Under the pieces are notes generated by a model. The model saw only the letters and a program-made list of their open reading frames with translations, searched no databases and was not told the origin of the DNA. Positions 25,125 through 33,319 of a DNA stretch of 33,319 nucleotides are shown piece after piece. The stretch spans positions 1-33,319 of the forward strand of contig JAUWZT010000002.1 in the NCBI GenBank assembly GCA_030615145.1, written 5' to 3'. This stretch comes from Promethearchaeota archaeon. GTDB lineage: Archaea; Asgardarchaeota; Lokiarchaeia; Sigyniarchaeales; SOKP01. Both the position numbers and the translations under genes were made by a program. Each line of letters opens with the position of its first letter. Position 1 is the stretch's first letter.

Positions 25125-27623
25125 TTAAATCCTTAGAATTGTCCAAGATTCAGCAACATTTTTAATATCTCTATAATTGAACAATACTGGTTTATACGAC
25201 CATGTATCATATAATTTTAGCTGATCATATGCATGTGGGCTTACCTGAATTTCTCCATCTACAAAGTGGATAAATCCACTCTGTCCTGGAGGAATGACAT
25301 TTACTACATGTGGAGATGGATTTCTGAACCCCTTATAACCTCTTCTTTTTGACATTTCTGCCACATGATTATAAGTTCCACGGTTCATAGCATGCATTAC
25401 TGCTGTAGGTAATGCTCCTAACGAATTTAAAAAGATTAAGCGAACAGGAGTTAACCACGTTGAGATATCATCAGTACCATAATAAGCTTCTAATTCAACA
25501 AGAGCTTCTTTTAAAACACGGACAATCACAGTATCTTTATCTTCCCCATTAAGATAATCTCTACTAAGAGTAAGTTTTGATTGTTCCCCATCAAAAACAT
25601 GAAGTAATGTACTTGAGCTAGCTCTCACACCAGGAGCTAAATCATCATCAAAAACTTCATTATCAATCATTTGGAACCAAGCATCAAAGATTGTCAGACC
25701 TGGATCGTCATAAGTAGCATAAGAATTAGGATATTTTGGATCTAATTCGTCATTATAATGATGATCCCAAGCTTCAAGAGCTTCAATAACTTCATTAGGA
25801 ATACTAGAATCGTCTTTAGCGGCGTTTATAAGGAAATCAAGAAAATACATTCCATTTCCATGATTATAACCCGTATTACGGTTAATATCTTTCATATCGT
25901 TAAAAGAGATTTTTCCTCCAGTAGCTAATTGGTGTTGAATCCATGAGACACCGTGAACTTCTCCCCAATCCGCTTCACGATAAGGCCAATCTGCAATAGG
26001 TTTATTATTCCAATTTGCCAGAAAACCTTGTGTAGGATTGACACATTTAGGTGTATCTTTAAAAGTTGTCAAACCAACCCATTCTTCTTTTCCAGTACCC
26101 CATAGTGGAAATCTATCATCAATTTTTCTACCGTTTAATCCAAGTTCGGGTTTAATTGGATAATAACCCATATGCCAATATGCTATATTACCTTTCTTAT
26201 CGGCCCAAAGGAAATTATGACTCAATTCAACTCGTTTACTAGCCTCTTGTGCGTCGTAAAGATTTTTAGATTGTTGAAATAATGACCAACCTTCTTCAGC
26301 GGCTAATTCATTTTTAAAGAAAGGGACTTTCATACTATAGCATAGATGATTATCTAAATCCCACCCTATAATGGGTCCATGAATTGTCCGATAGATATCC
26401 CTTTCCTCGTACCATAATTTTTTATAACCATATATTCTTTCGGTTCTTTTTTCCATATCGACCCATTTGCCATTAAACAAGTATTGATAAGGATTATCAG
26501 GATTTAGAACTTCGATATAAGTATCTACAAGATCTGATGAACCCGTAGTAGATGTCCAAGCACCATAATCACTAACACCAATTAAGATTGTTGGGGCATG
26601 AGGCATCATCATTCCAACAGCATTAATTCCTGCACCATGCAGCCCAATTTCAAGGACAATTTGAGGTGTTGAATGACCCATTTGAGGTCCTCCTACTTGC
26701 ATTGCGCTTCTTGAACTTGATTTTTCGGGAGTGACCATCCAAGCGTTGCTTCCAAATTTTGTTGGCATACCTAACGATTCTAATAATTCTGTTTGACCCA
26801 TCCTAACTTCTTCGTACATTTGAAACACATCGCCAATATTAGCTGGTAAGTCCGGTTTACTGCCTTTAGTTAAATAACTAGGATAATTACATCCTGAATC
26901 AGGAATTGTTGTTGGAGCACCAGGATCAACTTGAGGGTAGATATCATTAAATATTTCCCATCCGTCCTCATCTCCATGTATAGATTCAAGTGCCATGTAT
27001 CGAGCGGCGAAATTTAATTCTCCCCCCCCAGTTGCACCAAATCTCCAAGCCATCATTACAACTATTACTGTACAATCCTCTATAGTGAACAGCTCTAGAG
27101 GTAAACCATCTGGCGTTATTATCTCGGGTAAATATTCAATAGGCATAAGAGATGTATCACCATTGCTGTATGCTTCCAATGCTTCAGCAATGTAAAGATT
27201 TATTCCATCAACGTAAGCTAACATCATTTCTTTGAGTTTTTTCTCTGGAAATGATGGCTCCCAGTTATCGAATATTTCACGTAATTCTTCTCTGCTGTAT
27301 CCAAGGCTTCTAGTTTCATAATCTGATTGTATACTTGCAAGACCTAATTCCGCTAAGTTCCCAAAAGAACTTCTTCTGTACATATCTGCTTGCCAGAGTC
27401 TATCCTGAGCCATAGCATATCCTGCACCAAATGCCAATCCCTCCTTAGTTTTTGCGAACACATGAGGTACTCCATAATTATCTCTCACAATTGTAACGAC
27501 ATTTCTTTTCCTACCATGCCCAGATGAACTTGCAGTACTATTTGGTATTAACATAACTAAGATCATAACTGAAATAAGCCCAATTATTAGTTTTCTCTTC
27601 ATTTTCTTTTCACATTTTAACAA
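25125..27623 (-). CDS. penicillin acylase family Ntn hydrolase (peptidase S45), secreted or membrane-anchored
   Basis: 832 aa. N-terminal signal/anchor KRKLIIGLISVMILVMLIPNSTASS. An alpha-chain block (IVRDNYGVPHV...GYAMAQDRLWQ) and the autoprocessing/nucleophile site GSNAWMV (Ser of the beta chain). Confidence 0.85.
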   Translation of the reverse strand: MLKCEKKMKRKLIIGLISVMILVMLIPNSTASSSGHGRKRNVVTIVRDNYGVPHVFAKTKEGLAFGAGYAMAQDRLWQADMYRRSSFGNLAELGLASIQSDYETRSLGYSREELREIFDNWEPSFPEKKLKEMMLAYVDGINLYIAEALEAYSNGDTSLMPIEYLPEIITPDGLPLELFTIEDCTVIVVMMAWRFGATGGGELNFAARYMALESIHGDEDGWEIFNDIYPQVDPGAPTTIPDSGCNYPSYLTKGSKPDLPANIGDVFQMYEEVRMGQTELLESLGMPTKFGSNAWMVTPEKSSSRSAMQVGGPQMGHSTPQIVLEIGLHGAGINAVGMMMPHAPTILIGVSDYGAWTSTTGSSDLVDTYIEVLNPDNPYQYLFNGKWVDMEKRTERIYGYKKLWYEERDIYRTIHGPIIGWDLDNHLCYSMKVPFFKNELAAEEGWSLFQQSKNLYDAQEASKRVELSHNFLWADKKGNIAYWHMGYYPIKPELGLNGRKIDDRFPLWGTGKEEWVGLTTFKDTPKCVNPTQGFLANWNNKPIADWPYREADWGEVHGVSWIQHQLATGGKISFNDMKDINRNTGYNHGNGMYFLDFLINAAKDDSSIPNEVIEALEAWDHHYNDELDPKYPNSYATYDDPGLTIFDAWFQMIDNEVFDDDLAPGVRASSSTLLHVFDGEQSKLTLSRDYLNGEDKDTVIVRVLKEALVELEAYYGTDDISTWLTPVRLIFLNSLGALPTAVMHAMNRGTYNHVAEMSKRRGYKGFRNPSPHVVNVIPPGQSGFIHFVDGEIQVSPHAYDQLKLYDTWSYKPVLFNYRDIKNVAESWTILRI

Positions 27624-27784
27624 TTATTATTAAGATTTATAATTAGATTTCACTTACAATTATGTTAATCAACTATTTAAACTTTTTTGTCAAATTAAAA
27701 ATCAAAAAACCACTTTAAAAAACCGAAAATTTAACATAAAAATAAATTAATGGCTTAGATTATGATGCTAAATTCCTACAAAAA

Positions 27785-28699
27785 TTAAGATTCACTAATA
27801 TAGAAATGAGTTCCTGCCTTTTCGTCTAACGCATCTTTAATTTTTTCTATTGAAGTTATAATGGCTTGTTCTCCACCAGATTCTAAGAAATTTATTACTG
27901 CTTGTATTTTAGGACCCATGCTTCCCGGAGGAAAATGTCCTTGTTTCATGTATTCTTTTGCATCTGCGGTTGAAACTCTATCGAGGTATTTATAATCAAT
28001 TCTTCCGTAATTTAACGCCACTTTTTCTACATCTGTAGCAATTATTAAAATATCTGCGTTTACTTGTTCACCTAACTTTGCGCTTGCGAGATCTTTATCG
28101 ATAACGGCTTCAACACCTTGAAAGCGATTTCCTTCTTGAATAACAGGAACGCCCCCACCACCGCAAGATATGACAATAAAATTCTCCTGAATTAACTTCT
28201 TAATTTCCCGTGATTGGACTATTCTTATAGGTTTTGGTGAGGGAACTACGCGCCGCCATCCTTTTGCCGTTTTTACATATCCTGGTTGCTTTCTTTTGTA
28301 AACTGGTCCAATTGGTTTGGTGGGGTGCTTAAACGCTCGATCATTACGATCAACTTCAACATAAGTTAAAACAGTGAGAAAATATTTATCAAGGTCAATC
28401 CCTAAATGCATAAGTTCTTCATCAAGGGTGGATTCAATTAAAAATCCAATTTGCCCTTGTGTTTCGGCAACTAGTATCTGTAAAGGCATTTTTGTAATCT
28501 CATCTGACGCTTCTTGTTGCAAGAGAAGCGCACCAACTTGAGGTCCATTGCCATGGGTAATTACAATATTATATTCATTCGACAATTCTGCAATTTGTTT
28601 TATAGGAGCCCGTAAGTTATTAATCATCTGTTCGGGGGTTCCTCTCTCTCCAGATTTAATGAGGGCATTTCCCCCGAGAGCAACAATTAATGTTTTCAA
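27785..28699 (-). CDS. arcC: carbamate kinase
   Basis: 304 aa with LIVALGGNAL and ITHGNGPQVG signatures and the C-terminal GGGGVPV block. Confidence 0.9.
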   Translation of the reverse strand: MKTLIVALGGNALIKSGERGTPEQMINNLRAPIKQIAELSNEYNIVITHGNGPQVGALLLQQEASDEITKMPLQILVAETQGQIGFLIESTLDEELMHLGIDLDKYFLTVLTYVEVDRNDRAFKHPTKPIGPVYKRKQPGYVKTAKGWRRVVPSPKPIRIVQSREIKKLIQENFIVISCGGGGVPVIQEGNRFQGVEAVIDKDLASAKLGEQVNADILIIATDVEKVALNYGRIDYKYLDRVSTADAKEYMKQGHFPPGSMGPKIQAVINFLESGGEQAIITSIEKIKDALDEKAGTHFYISES

Positions 28700-28763
28700 A
28701 CAAAAACCTCTAATAGTAGGATAATTAACAAAATTGAAAAAATAATAATAGTTAACTTGTTAT

Positions 28764-29696
28764 TTAAAGTTTCCCCCGTAGGAAGAGTATAATTGCTTTT
28801 TGACCGTGCAATCTATTTTCTGCTTGATCAAATACAATTGATTGGGGGCCATCAATAACTTCAGTGGTTTGTTCGTAACCTCGCATTGCAGGTAGACAGT
28901 TCATAAAAACAGCGTCTGGTTTCGCAGCTTTCATTATTTTTAAGGACACTTGATATGGCATGAAAATTTTCTTTCGTTCCTCCTCTTTTTCAACTGGAAT
29001 GCCGTAGGACATCCAAGAATCGGTATAAATTACATCAGAATTTTTTGCAGCCTCAAAAGCGTTATGAACGATGTTCACTGCTGCTCCAGTCTCTTTTGAA
29101 ATTTGAGATACTTCGTCAAGAACTACTTGTTCAGGCGTAAATTCTGCGCCCTTAGGACAAGCAACATCTAATTTTAGACCAAAAATAGCAGCTATTCGCA
29201 TTAAATCGTAGGTAACATTGTTATAGGCGTCTCCAAAGTAAGCTATTTTTAAATCTCCCAGTCTACCTTTCTTTTCTTTTATGGTTAAGAAATCCCCAAT
29301 CATTTGACAAGGATGCGCGAAATCGTCAAGCATATTGATTATAGGAACATCAGCATATTTGGCTAAATCCCAAATGTCTTGTCTCTTAAACACTCTTGCT
29401 GCTATTAAGTTAACGAATCTAGAGGCTGTCTTTGCGGTATCATGAATATTTTCTTTCTTGCCAAGAGGAGAATCCTTTATTGAATAGAAAATCGCATGAC
29501 CACCTAATTGTTGCATTCCCGCTTCAAAAGATATTCTAGTTCTTAGCGATGGTTTTTCAAATATCATCAAAAGCGTTTCTCCTTTTAAGGTAGTGTCAAA
29601 TTTATCGGGATTTTTCTTAATTTCAATCGCTTTATTTATAATATTCTCGCATTCTGCTTTAGAAAAGTCAGAAATTTTTGTTAAATGTCGTATCAT
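28764..29696 (-). CDS. ornithine carbamoyltransferase-family enzyme (atypical substrate-loop motifs)
   Basis: Carbamoyl-phosphate motifs SLRTR (SxRTR) and HPCQ (HPxQ) are present. The ornithine-side motifs deviate: DSWMSYG instead of DxWxSMG, and NCLP instead of HCLP. The track ORF starts at TTG 29708. ATG 29696 (MIRHLTKISDF) is preferred. Confidence 0.8.
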   Translation of the reverse strand: MIRHLTKISDFSKAECENIINKAIEIKKNPDKFDTTLKGETLLMIFEKPSLRTRISFEAGMQQLGGHAIFYSIKDSPLGKKENIHDTAKTASRFVNLIAARVFKRQDIWDLAKYADVPIINMLDDFAHPCQMIGDFLTIKEKKGRLGDLKIAYFGDAYNNVTYDLMRIAAIFGLKLDVACPKGAEFTPEQVVLDEVSQISKETGAAVNIVHNAFEAAKNSDVIYTDSWMSYGIPVEKEEERKKIFMPYQVSLKIMKAAKPDAVFMNCLPAMRGYEQTTEVIDGPQSIVFDQAENRLHGQKAIILFLRGKL

Positions 29697-29789
29697 TTTA
29701 ATGACCAATTTTTCTTTACTATTTCTTTGTTTGTTTATTTATTAAATTTATTAGTTTAACTTGATTTATAGGATTATTTCTTTTAATCT

Positions 29790-30962
29790 TTACTTTAAAT
29801 CTTCTACTTTATAAAAATCTCGTCCGTACACGAGTTCATTTAAAATTTCTTTATCTTTTTGATTTAACTTATCTGTTAGTAAGTGACTTAATAATTCGGC
29901 AAGGCCAGGCCCCAGCATAAATCCCTGGCCGCATAACCCTACAGCATTAATATATCCTTCAATATTGTTAACTTTGCCGATAATTGGATTACCATCAGGT
30001 GACATAGGGTATAAACCGCGCCATGTTCTCCTAATTTTTATGTTTTTTAATCGAGGTAATAAACTAACCATACGTTTTGAGATTTGAGGTAAGTATGAAC
30101 TTGTTTCGCGTCGATCTAAGCCGGGAATATTAGGTTCAGGAGTTAAACAAAAGATAATCTTACCTTCTTTGTTTTGATAAAAATAGTAATTTTTTGAGTT
30201 TCCAAACTTTGTATCTATGGCAGGTTTAATATCAATTACCATCGTAGAGAAAAATTTCTTAACTGGCTCCGTGATCCCTGCTTCATGGCTTTCAGGAATG
30301 ACGGGTAAATTAATACCAATCATATTTCCAATTTTTTTAGCGTGACCGCCTGCTGCGTTAATTACATAATGTGTTTTATATTCAGCTTTAGTAGTTTTAA
30401 CTCCTGAAACGGCTTTATCTTTCGTAATAATGTCAGTAACTTCTTCATTAAACTTATACTCAGCTCCTAATTCTTTAGATTTACGATAGAATGAATGAAG
30501 AGATAATAACGGAGAAGCATTTCCATCTTCAGGACTATAAGTGCCTCCTAATAAATTCTTACTGTTAATCCCGGGTATAAGTTCTTTTACTTTTTCTCTA
30601 TCTATGTAATTTATGTTTAACCCGTATTCTTTTTGTTGTCGAACTGTATCCTTTAGCATTTTTTCGTGTTCTTCGGTAAAAGCTAAAAAGGAATATCCTC
30701 CTTGTTCCCACCAGATGTCATCACCATGTAAATCCTTCCAAGTAGAAAAGACTTCAATAGATCTTTGACACAACCATATCTTACTTTTGAGCGAATGTGT
30801 AGCTCTGATCCCTCCAATAGCGTGCTTATTATCTCCTTGGGCAACGGAAGAAAAGGAATCTAAAACGAGTGTTTTAAGGCCTTTTTCTGCAGTAGCTAAG
30901 GCCGTTGGAACTCCAACACTTCCTGCCCCTATGATAATGACATCGTATTCTACCAGGATTAT
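29790..30962 (-). CDS. FAD-dependent oxidoreductase, sarcosine oxidase beta / archaeal L-proline dehydrogenase beta-like; non-canonical start
   Basis: The track ORF (29790..30773) lacks a dinucleotide-binding motif. The same frame stays open 63 codons further upstream and encodes IILVEYDVIIIGAGSVGVPTALATAEKGLKTLVLD (GxGxxG Rossmann). No ATG/GTG/TTG occurs in that stretch. The first codon, ATA 30962, overlaps the upstream TAA stop. Confidence 0.8.
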   Translation of the reverse strand: MILVEYDVIIIGAGSVGVPTALATAEKGLKTLVLDSFSSVAQGDNKHAIGGIRATHSLKSKIWLCQRSIEVFSTWKDLHGDDIWWEQGGYSFLAFTEEHEKMLKDTVRQQKEYGLNINYIDREKVKELIPGINSKNLLGGTYSPEDGNASPLLSLHSFYRKSKELGAEYKFNEEVTDIITKDKAVSGVKTTKAEYKTHYVINAAGGHAKKIGNMIGINLPVIPESHEAGITEPVKKFFSTMVIDIKPAIDTKFGNSKNYYFYQNKEGKIIFCLTPEPNIPGLDRRETSSYLPQISKRMVSLLPRLKNIKIRRTWRGLYPMSPDGNPIIGKVNNIEGYINAVGLCGQGFMLGPGLAELLSHLLTDKLNQKDKEILNELVYGRDFYKVEDLK

Positions 30963-33043
30963 TTACCTCCTTTCTTTACTTTTACTCTAGCAAAAGCACT
31001 CATAGGAACTTCTATAAATAATGGCCTACTTGTGCCAGGAATGACTTCTTCTAGTAAGACGCCTTCTTCACGAAAAATCTGATTAATTAATGGCGTACAA
31101 GTCTTCCCGCCGCAGGCACCCATTCCAACTTTAGTCAAAGCTTTTAATTCGTTAAAATCTTTAATTCCATATCGAATCCATTTTCGAATTTCTCCCACAG
31201 ATACGCGTTCACACCTACAAACTATAACATCATCGTCAGTATAGGATTTTTGATATATCTCTAGAGGTTGATCATACGCAGTTTTTTGAAGTTTGATAGC
31301 AACGGCAATTTTTGCTAATCCTGCAGGAATTTTGACAGTAATTAATAGAGTTTTTGGAAATTCTTTAAGAAATCTTGAGCGTTTAACTTCAAATTCTCCT
31401 AATTCTCGGTCATCGCTTACGACGATAACTTTTTGTCCAGCACTTATTTTTTCAGAAGTTAATTCGAGAGGAAATGTAACTGATGGGTATTCCTTGTCTT
31501 TTCGATAGTCAACTAGCGTCACTGCTAATCCCGGGCATACAGCTACGCACTGCCCGCAACCTATACAGTCCTCTTCGCCTTTAAAAAATGGTAGTTGTGT
31601 GATTAAGTTGTCTACGGTCTCAATTTGTCCTTGAGGGCATACAGATGTGCAGGGATTACATGGAATTTCTTGATTGCAATGAAAGAGAGGAAAAATGCCA
31701 TCTTCTTTTTCAAATATTTTTGATTCACTGGGAGCTGGAGGTTTTGCCTTCATAATGTTTGCAAATTTTTCCAATTCATCGATATTTTCTTCGACTTCGA
31801 TTCCCATTTCTTTTAACATTTTTAGGGCTTCAATTCTTCCAGTAAAAATCGCAGCTGACGCTTCAGCAATTTCTTGAGCGTCTCCAGCAACCCTAACTTT
31901 CATATTGAACTGTTTTGCTTTATCATAAAATTCATTAACGGGATTTAACCCTACCGCAATTAAAATAGTATCGCAAGGAAATGTTCTTTCAGTTCCGGGA
32001 ATAAGGTTAAATTTATCGTCTAATTTGCCAATTGTTATTGATTCTACTTTGTTTTGGCCGTTTGCAGAAACAATTGTATGATTGGTATAAATGGGAACTC
32101 CTAACCTTCTAAGTTTATCTTCGTGAACTCTATAACCGCCACATAGAGATAGAGCTTCGATCAAACCAACAACATCTATCTTTGCTTGGATAGCGTGATA
32201 TCCCGCAATTAATCCAACATTTCCGCCGCCAACTATAAAAACTTTATCGGCAGCTTTAACGAGATCGCGGTTAACCAAAGTTTGAAACGCACCCGCACCG
32301 TATACTCCTGGAAGGGTATTTCCTGGAAAAACTAACATTTTCTCTCTTGCTCCAGTTGCAATTAACAGATAATTCGGCCTAACTAATATGTATTCTTCAT
32401 TATTCTTCAAAACACCAACTAAATTGTCGCTAAATACAGCTACAACCGTGCTATTGAGCCAAACTTTTACTGAGTTCAATGAACATACAATGTCACCAAG
32501 AATCTCTGCTATATCAATACCGCGCTTACCAGCATATACATCTTCTTGGGAACCAAAAAATTTGTGCGTTTGAAGTACTAGTTTGCCGCCAAGTCTATTT
32601 TTATCGTCAATTAGTACGACATCTATTTCACGCTCTCCAAAAAGTTTTGTAGCCGATAATCCAGCTGGACCCGCTCCAATAACAAGAACTTCTGTGTTAA
32701 TAATATCGATATCACCAACTTCTACGGCTCCATCTACAAGAGGTAGTTCTGGCAAGCCATTACAACTTTTTATCTCCATTCCATCTGTTAGAAGTGTCAT
32801 ACACGCTTTCACTGGAATGTCATCGGCGATTACATTACACTGAGAACATTGTCCATTAGCACAAAACATTCCCTGAGGACTGGAATCTTTTACGTGATGA
32901 CCAAAAATTTTAATTTTATTAAGAAATAAAGCAGAAGATATAACCATTCCCTCAAATCCGGTTAAAACTTTCCCGTCAAATTTGAAATTTATTTTCTTTC
33001 TTTCGGTAATTTTCAGGATGGGATGTTTGGTTATGTTTTCCAT
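30959..33043 (-). CDS. fused sarcosine oxidase alpha / proline dehydrogenase alpha-like NAD(FAD) oxidoreductase with multiple Fe-S domains
   Basis: 694 aa. Contains an N-terminal 2Fe-2S-like Cx4Cx2C...C (CANGQCSQCN...AC), two GxGxxG folds (VIGAGPAGLS, VGGGNVGLIAG), two ferredoxin-type motifs (CNPCTSVCP, CIGCGQCVAVCP), and a BFD-like [2Fe-2S] tail (CRCERVSVGEI...GMGACGGKTC). Confidence 0.8.
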   Translation of the reverse strand: MENITKHPILKITERKKINFKFDGKVLTGFEGMVISSALFLNKIKIFGHHVKDSSPQGMFCANGQCSQCNVIADDIPVKACMTLLTDGMEIKSCNGLPELPLVDGAVEVGDIDIINTEVLVIGAGPAGLSATKLFGEREIDVVLIDDKNRLGGKLVLQTHKFFGSQEDVYAGKRGIDIAEILGDIVCSLNSVKVWLNSTVVAVFSDNLVGVLKNNEEYILVRPNYLLIATGAREKMLVFPGNTLPGVYGAGAFQTLVNRDLVKAADKVFIVGGGNVGLIAGYHAIQAKIDVVGLIEALSLCGGYRVHEDKLRRLGVPIYTNHTIVSANGQNKVESITIGKLDDKFNLIPGTERTFPCDTILIAVGLNPVNEFYDKAKQFNMKVRVAGDAQEIAEASAAIFTGRIEALKMLKEMGIEVEENIDELEKFANIMKAKPPAPSESKIFEKEDGIFPLFHCNQEIPCNPCTSVCPQGQIETVDNLITQLPFFKGEEDCIGCGQCVAVCPGLAVTLVDYRKDKEYPSVTFPLELTSEKISAGQKVIVVSDDRELGEFEVKRSRFLKEFPKTLLITVKIPAGLAKIAVAIKLQKTAYDQPLEIYQKSYTDDDVIVCRCERVSVGEIRKWIRYGIKDFNELKALTKVGMGACGGKTCTPLINQIFREEGVLLEEVIPGTSRPLFIEVPMSAFARVKVKKGGK

Positions 33044-33068
33044 TTAGGATCATTTTAAATATTTATTA

Positions 33069-33319
33069 TTATTGATAAGGAGCTATAACATCAATTACTT
33101 CGTCAAAGTCAATTCCCAATTTTCGTACCATTTCTATCGTAGGACAACCATTTTTGTTCCAACCTCGTTCTATATAGACCGCGTCTTGAAGTTTTACATA
33201 CTGTTCTTCACGATGCTTACGAAGTATTTTAATTTTTTCTTCGGTTGATTTACCATTAACTTTAAACCCTAACTCTTTAAGCTGTGTATCGTACCTCTCA
33301 GCGCGACTTTCGTATTCAA
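33069..33319 (-). CDS. aldehyde:ferredoxin oxidoreductase family, C-terminal fragment (5' end outside window)
   Basis: Not in the ORF track because no start lies in the window. My reverse-complement reading gives EYESRAERYDTQLKELGFKVNGKSTEEKIKILRKHREEQYVKLQDAVYIERGWNKNGCPTIEMVRKLGIDFDEVIDVIAPYQ*. The YIERGWNKNGCPT tail parallels YYKIRGWDWETGCPT of the AOR at 271..2145. Confidence 0.75.
   Translation of the reverse strand, partial: EYESRAERYDTQLKELGFKVNGKSTEEKIKILRKHREEQYVKLQDAVYIERGWNKNGCPTIEMVRKLGIDFDEVIDVIAPYQ

Noticed and set aside
9194-29708. TTG starts proposed by the ORF track for kce (9194), NUDIX (23193) and the carbamoyltransferase (29708).
   Set aside because: In each case an in-frame ATG a few codons downstream (9206, 23223, 29696) matches the usual family N-terminus better. 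The extra residues (MGFL, MIFIRVWFRI, MVIK) look non-conserved. This is still uncertain without alignments.
30787-30990. Plus-strand 67-aa ORF in the apparent gap between the SoxB-like and alpha genes.
   Set aside because: It is the antisense image of the minus-strand stretch encoding the GxGxxG FAD-binding N-terminus of the SoxB-like protein. The minus-strand reading has clear homology logic and this one has none.
14659-32843. Track ORFs 14659..15012, 15142..15339, 17384..17590, 19745..19936, 20265..20450, 21190..21411, 22801..23046, 26995..27195, 31293..31508, 31695..31877, 32388..32573 and 32583..32843.
   Set aside because: These are antisense shadows of the P-loop gene, kamE, ABC permease, GTPase, DMT transporter, acylase and the alpha-subunit gene. 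None has independent support.
1-33319. Window-wide scan for CRISPR arrays, IS elements/transposases, integrases, and rRNA or tRNA genes.
   Set aside because: No regularly spaced repeats, no terminal inverted repeats flanking an ORF, no recombinase-like ORF and no GC-rich structured RNA-like segment were seen. The only mobile-looking element is the HEPN/MNT cassette, reported separately.

Overview
AT-rich (by eye about one-third GC), densely coding prokaryotic window with archaeal-style features: oligo-T runs after genes, BRE/TATA-like AT boxes, and GGAGG-type ribosome-binding sites. A Rab/Ras-like small GTPase next to anaerobic amino-acid fermentation genes suggests an Asgard (Lokiarchaeia-like) chromosome, but this is inference only. 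I found no rRNA, tRNA, CRISPR array, transposase or integrase.

Gene content:
1. A tungsten-type aldehyde:ferredoxin oxidoreductase (AOR) gene sits at each end of the window (271..2145 on +; a partial one at 33069..33319 on -).
2. The left part holds a COG3199 NAD-kinase-like gene, two SDRs (one resembling 3-dehydrosphinganine reductase), a small membrane protein, a 526-aa orphan coiled-coil protein and an untracked Cys-rich small ORF.
3. A plus-strand lysine-fermentation cluster spans 7942..17932: class-III aminotransferase, kce, methyltransferase, kdd, kamA, a P-loop-like protein, kamD, kamE. It is followed by a PHP phosphoesterase and an ABC-2 transporter. An antisense HEPN/MNT toxin-antitoxin pair splits the cluster and is bracketed by a 22-nt direct repeat.
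4. Next come a small GTPase, and an EamA/DMT transporter with a fused C-terminal RAM (Lrp/AsnC ligand-binding) domain followed by a stand-alone RAM protein.
5. An arginine/ornithine/proline module follows: NUDIX, ornithine aminotransferase, a secreted penicillin-acylase-family Ntn hydrolase, carbamate kinase, an OTCase-family carbamoyltransferase, and a SoxB/proline-dehydrogenase beta-like gene with a fused multi-cluster alpha subunit.

Most notable sequence-level observations:
- Two homology-supported genes (SoxB-like beta, MNT) and the Cys-rich small ORF have essential or plausible N-termini upstream of any ATG/GTG/TTG.
- The transporter-RAM fusion may be a ligand-gated exporter.
- The toxin-antitoxin insertion carries what looks like an insertion scar.

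All functional calls rest on motif recognition by eye. No database search was run.
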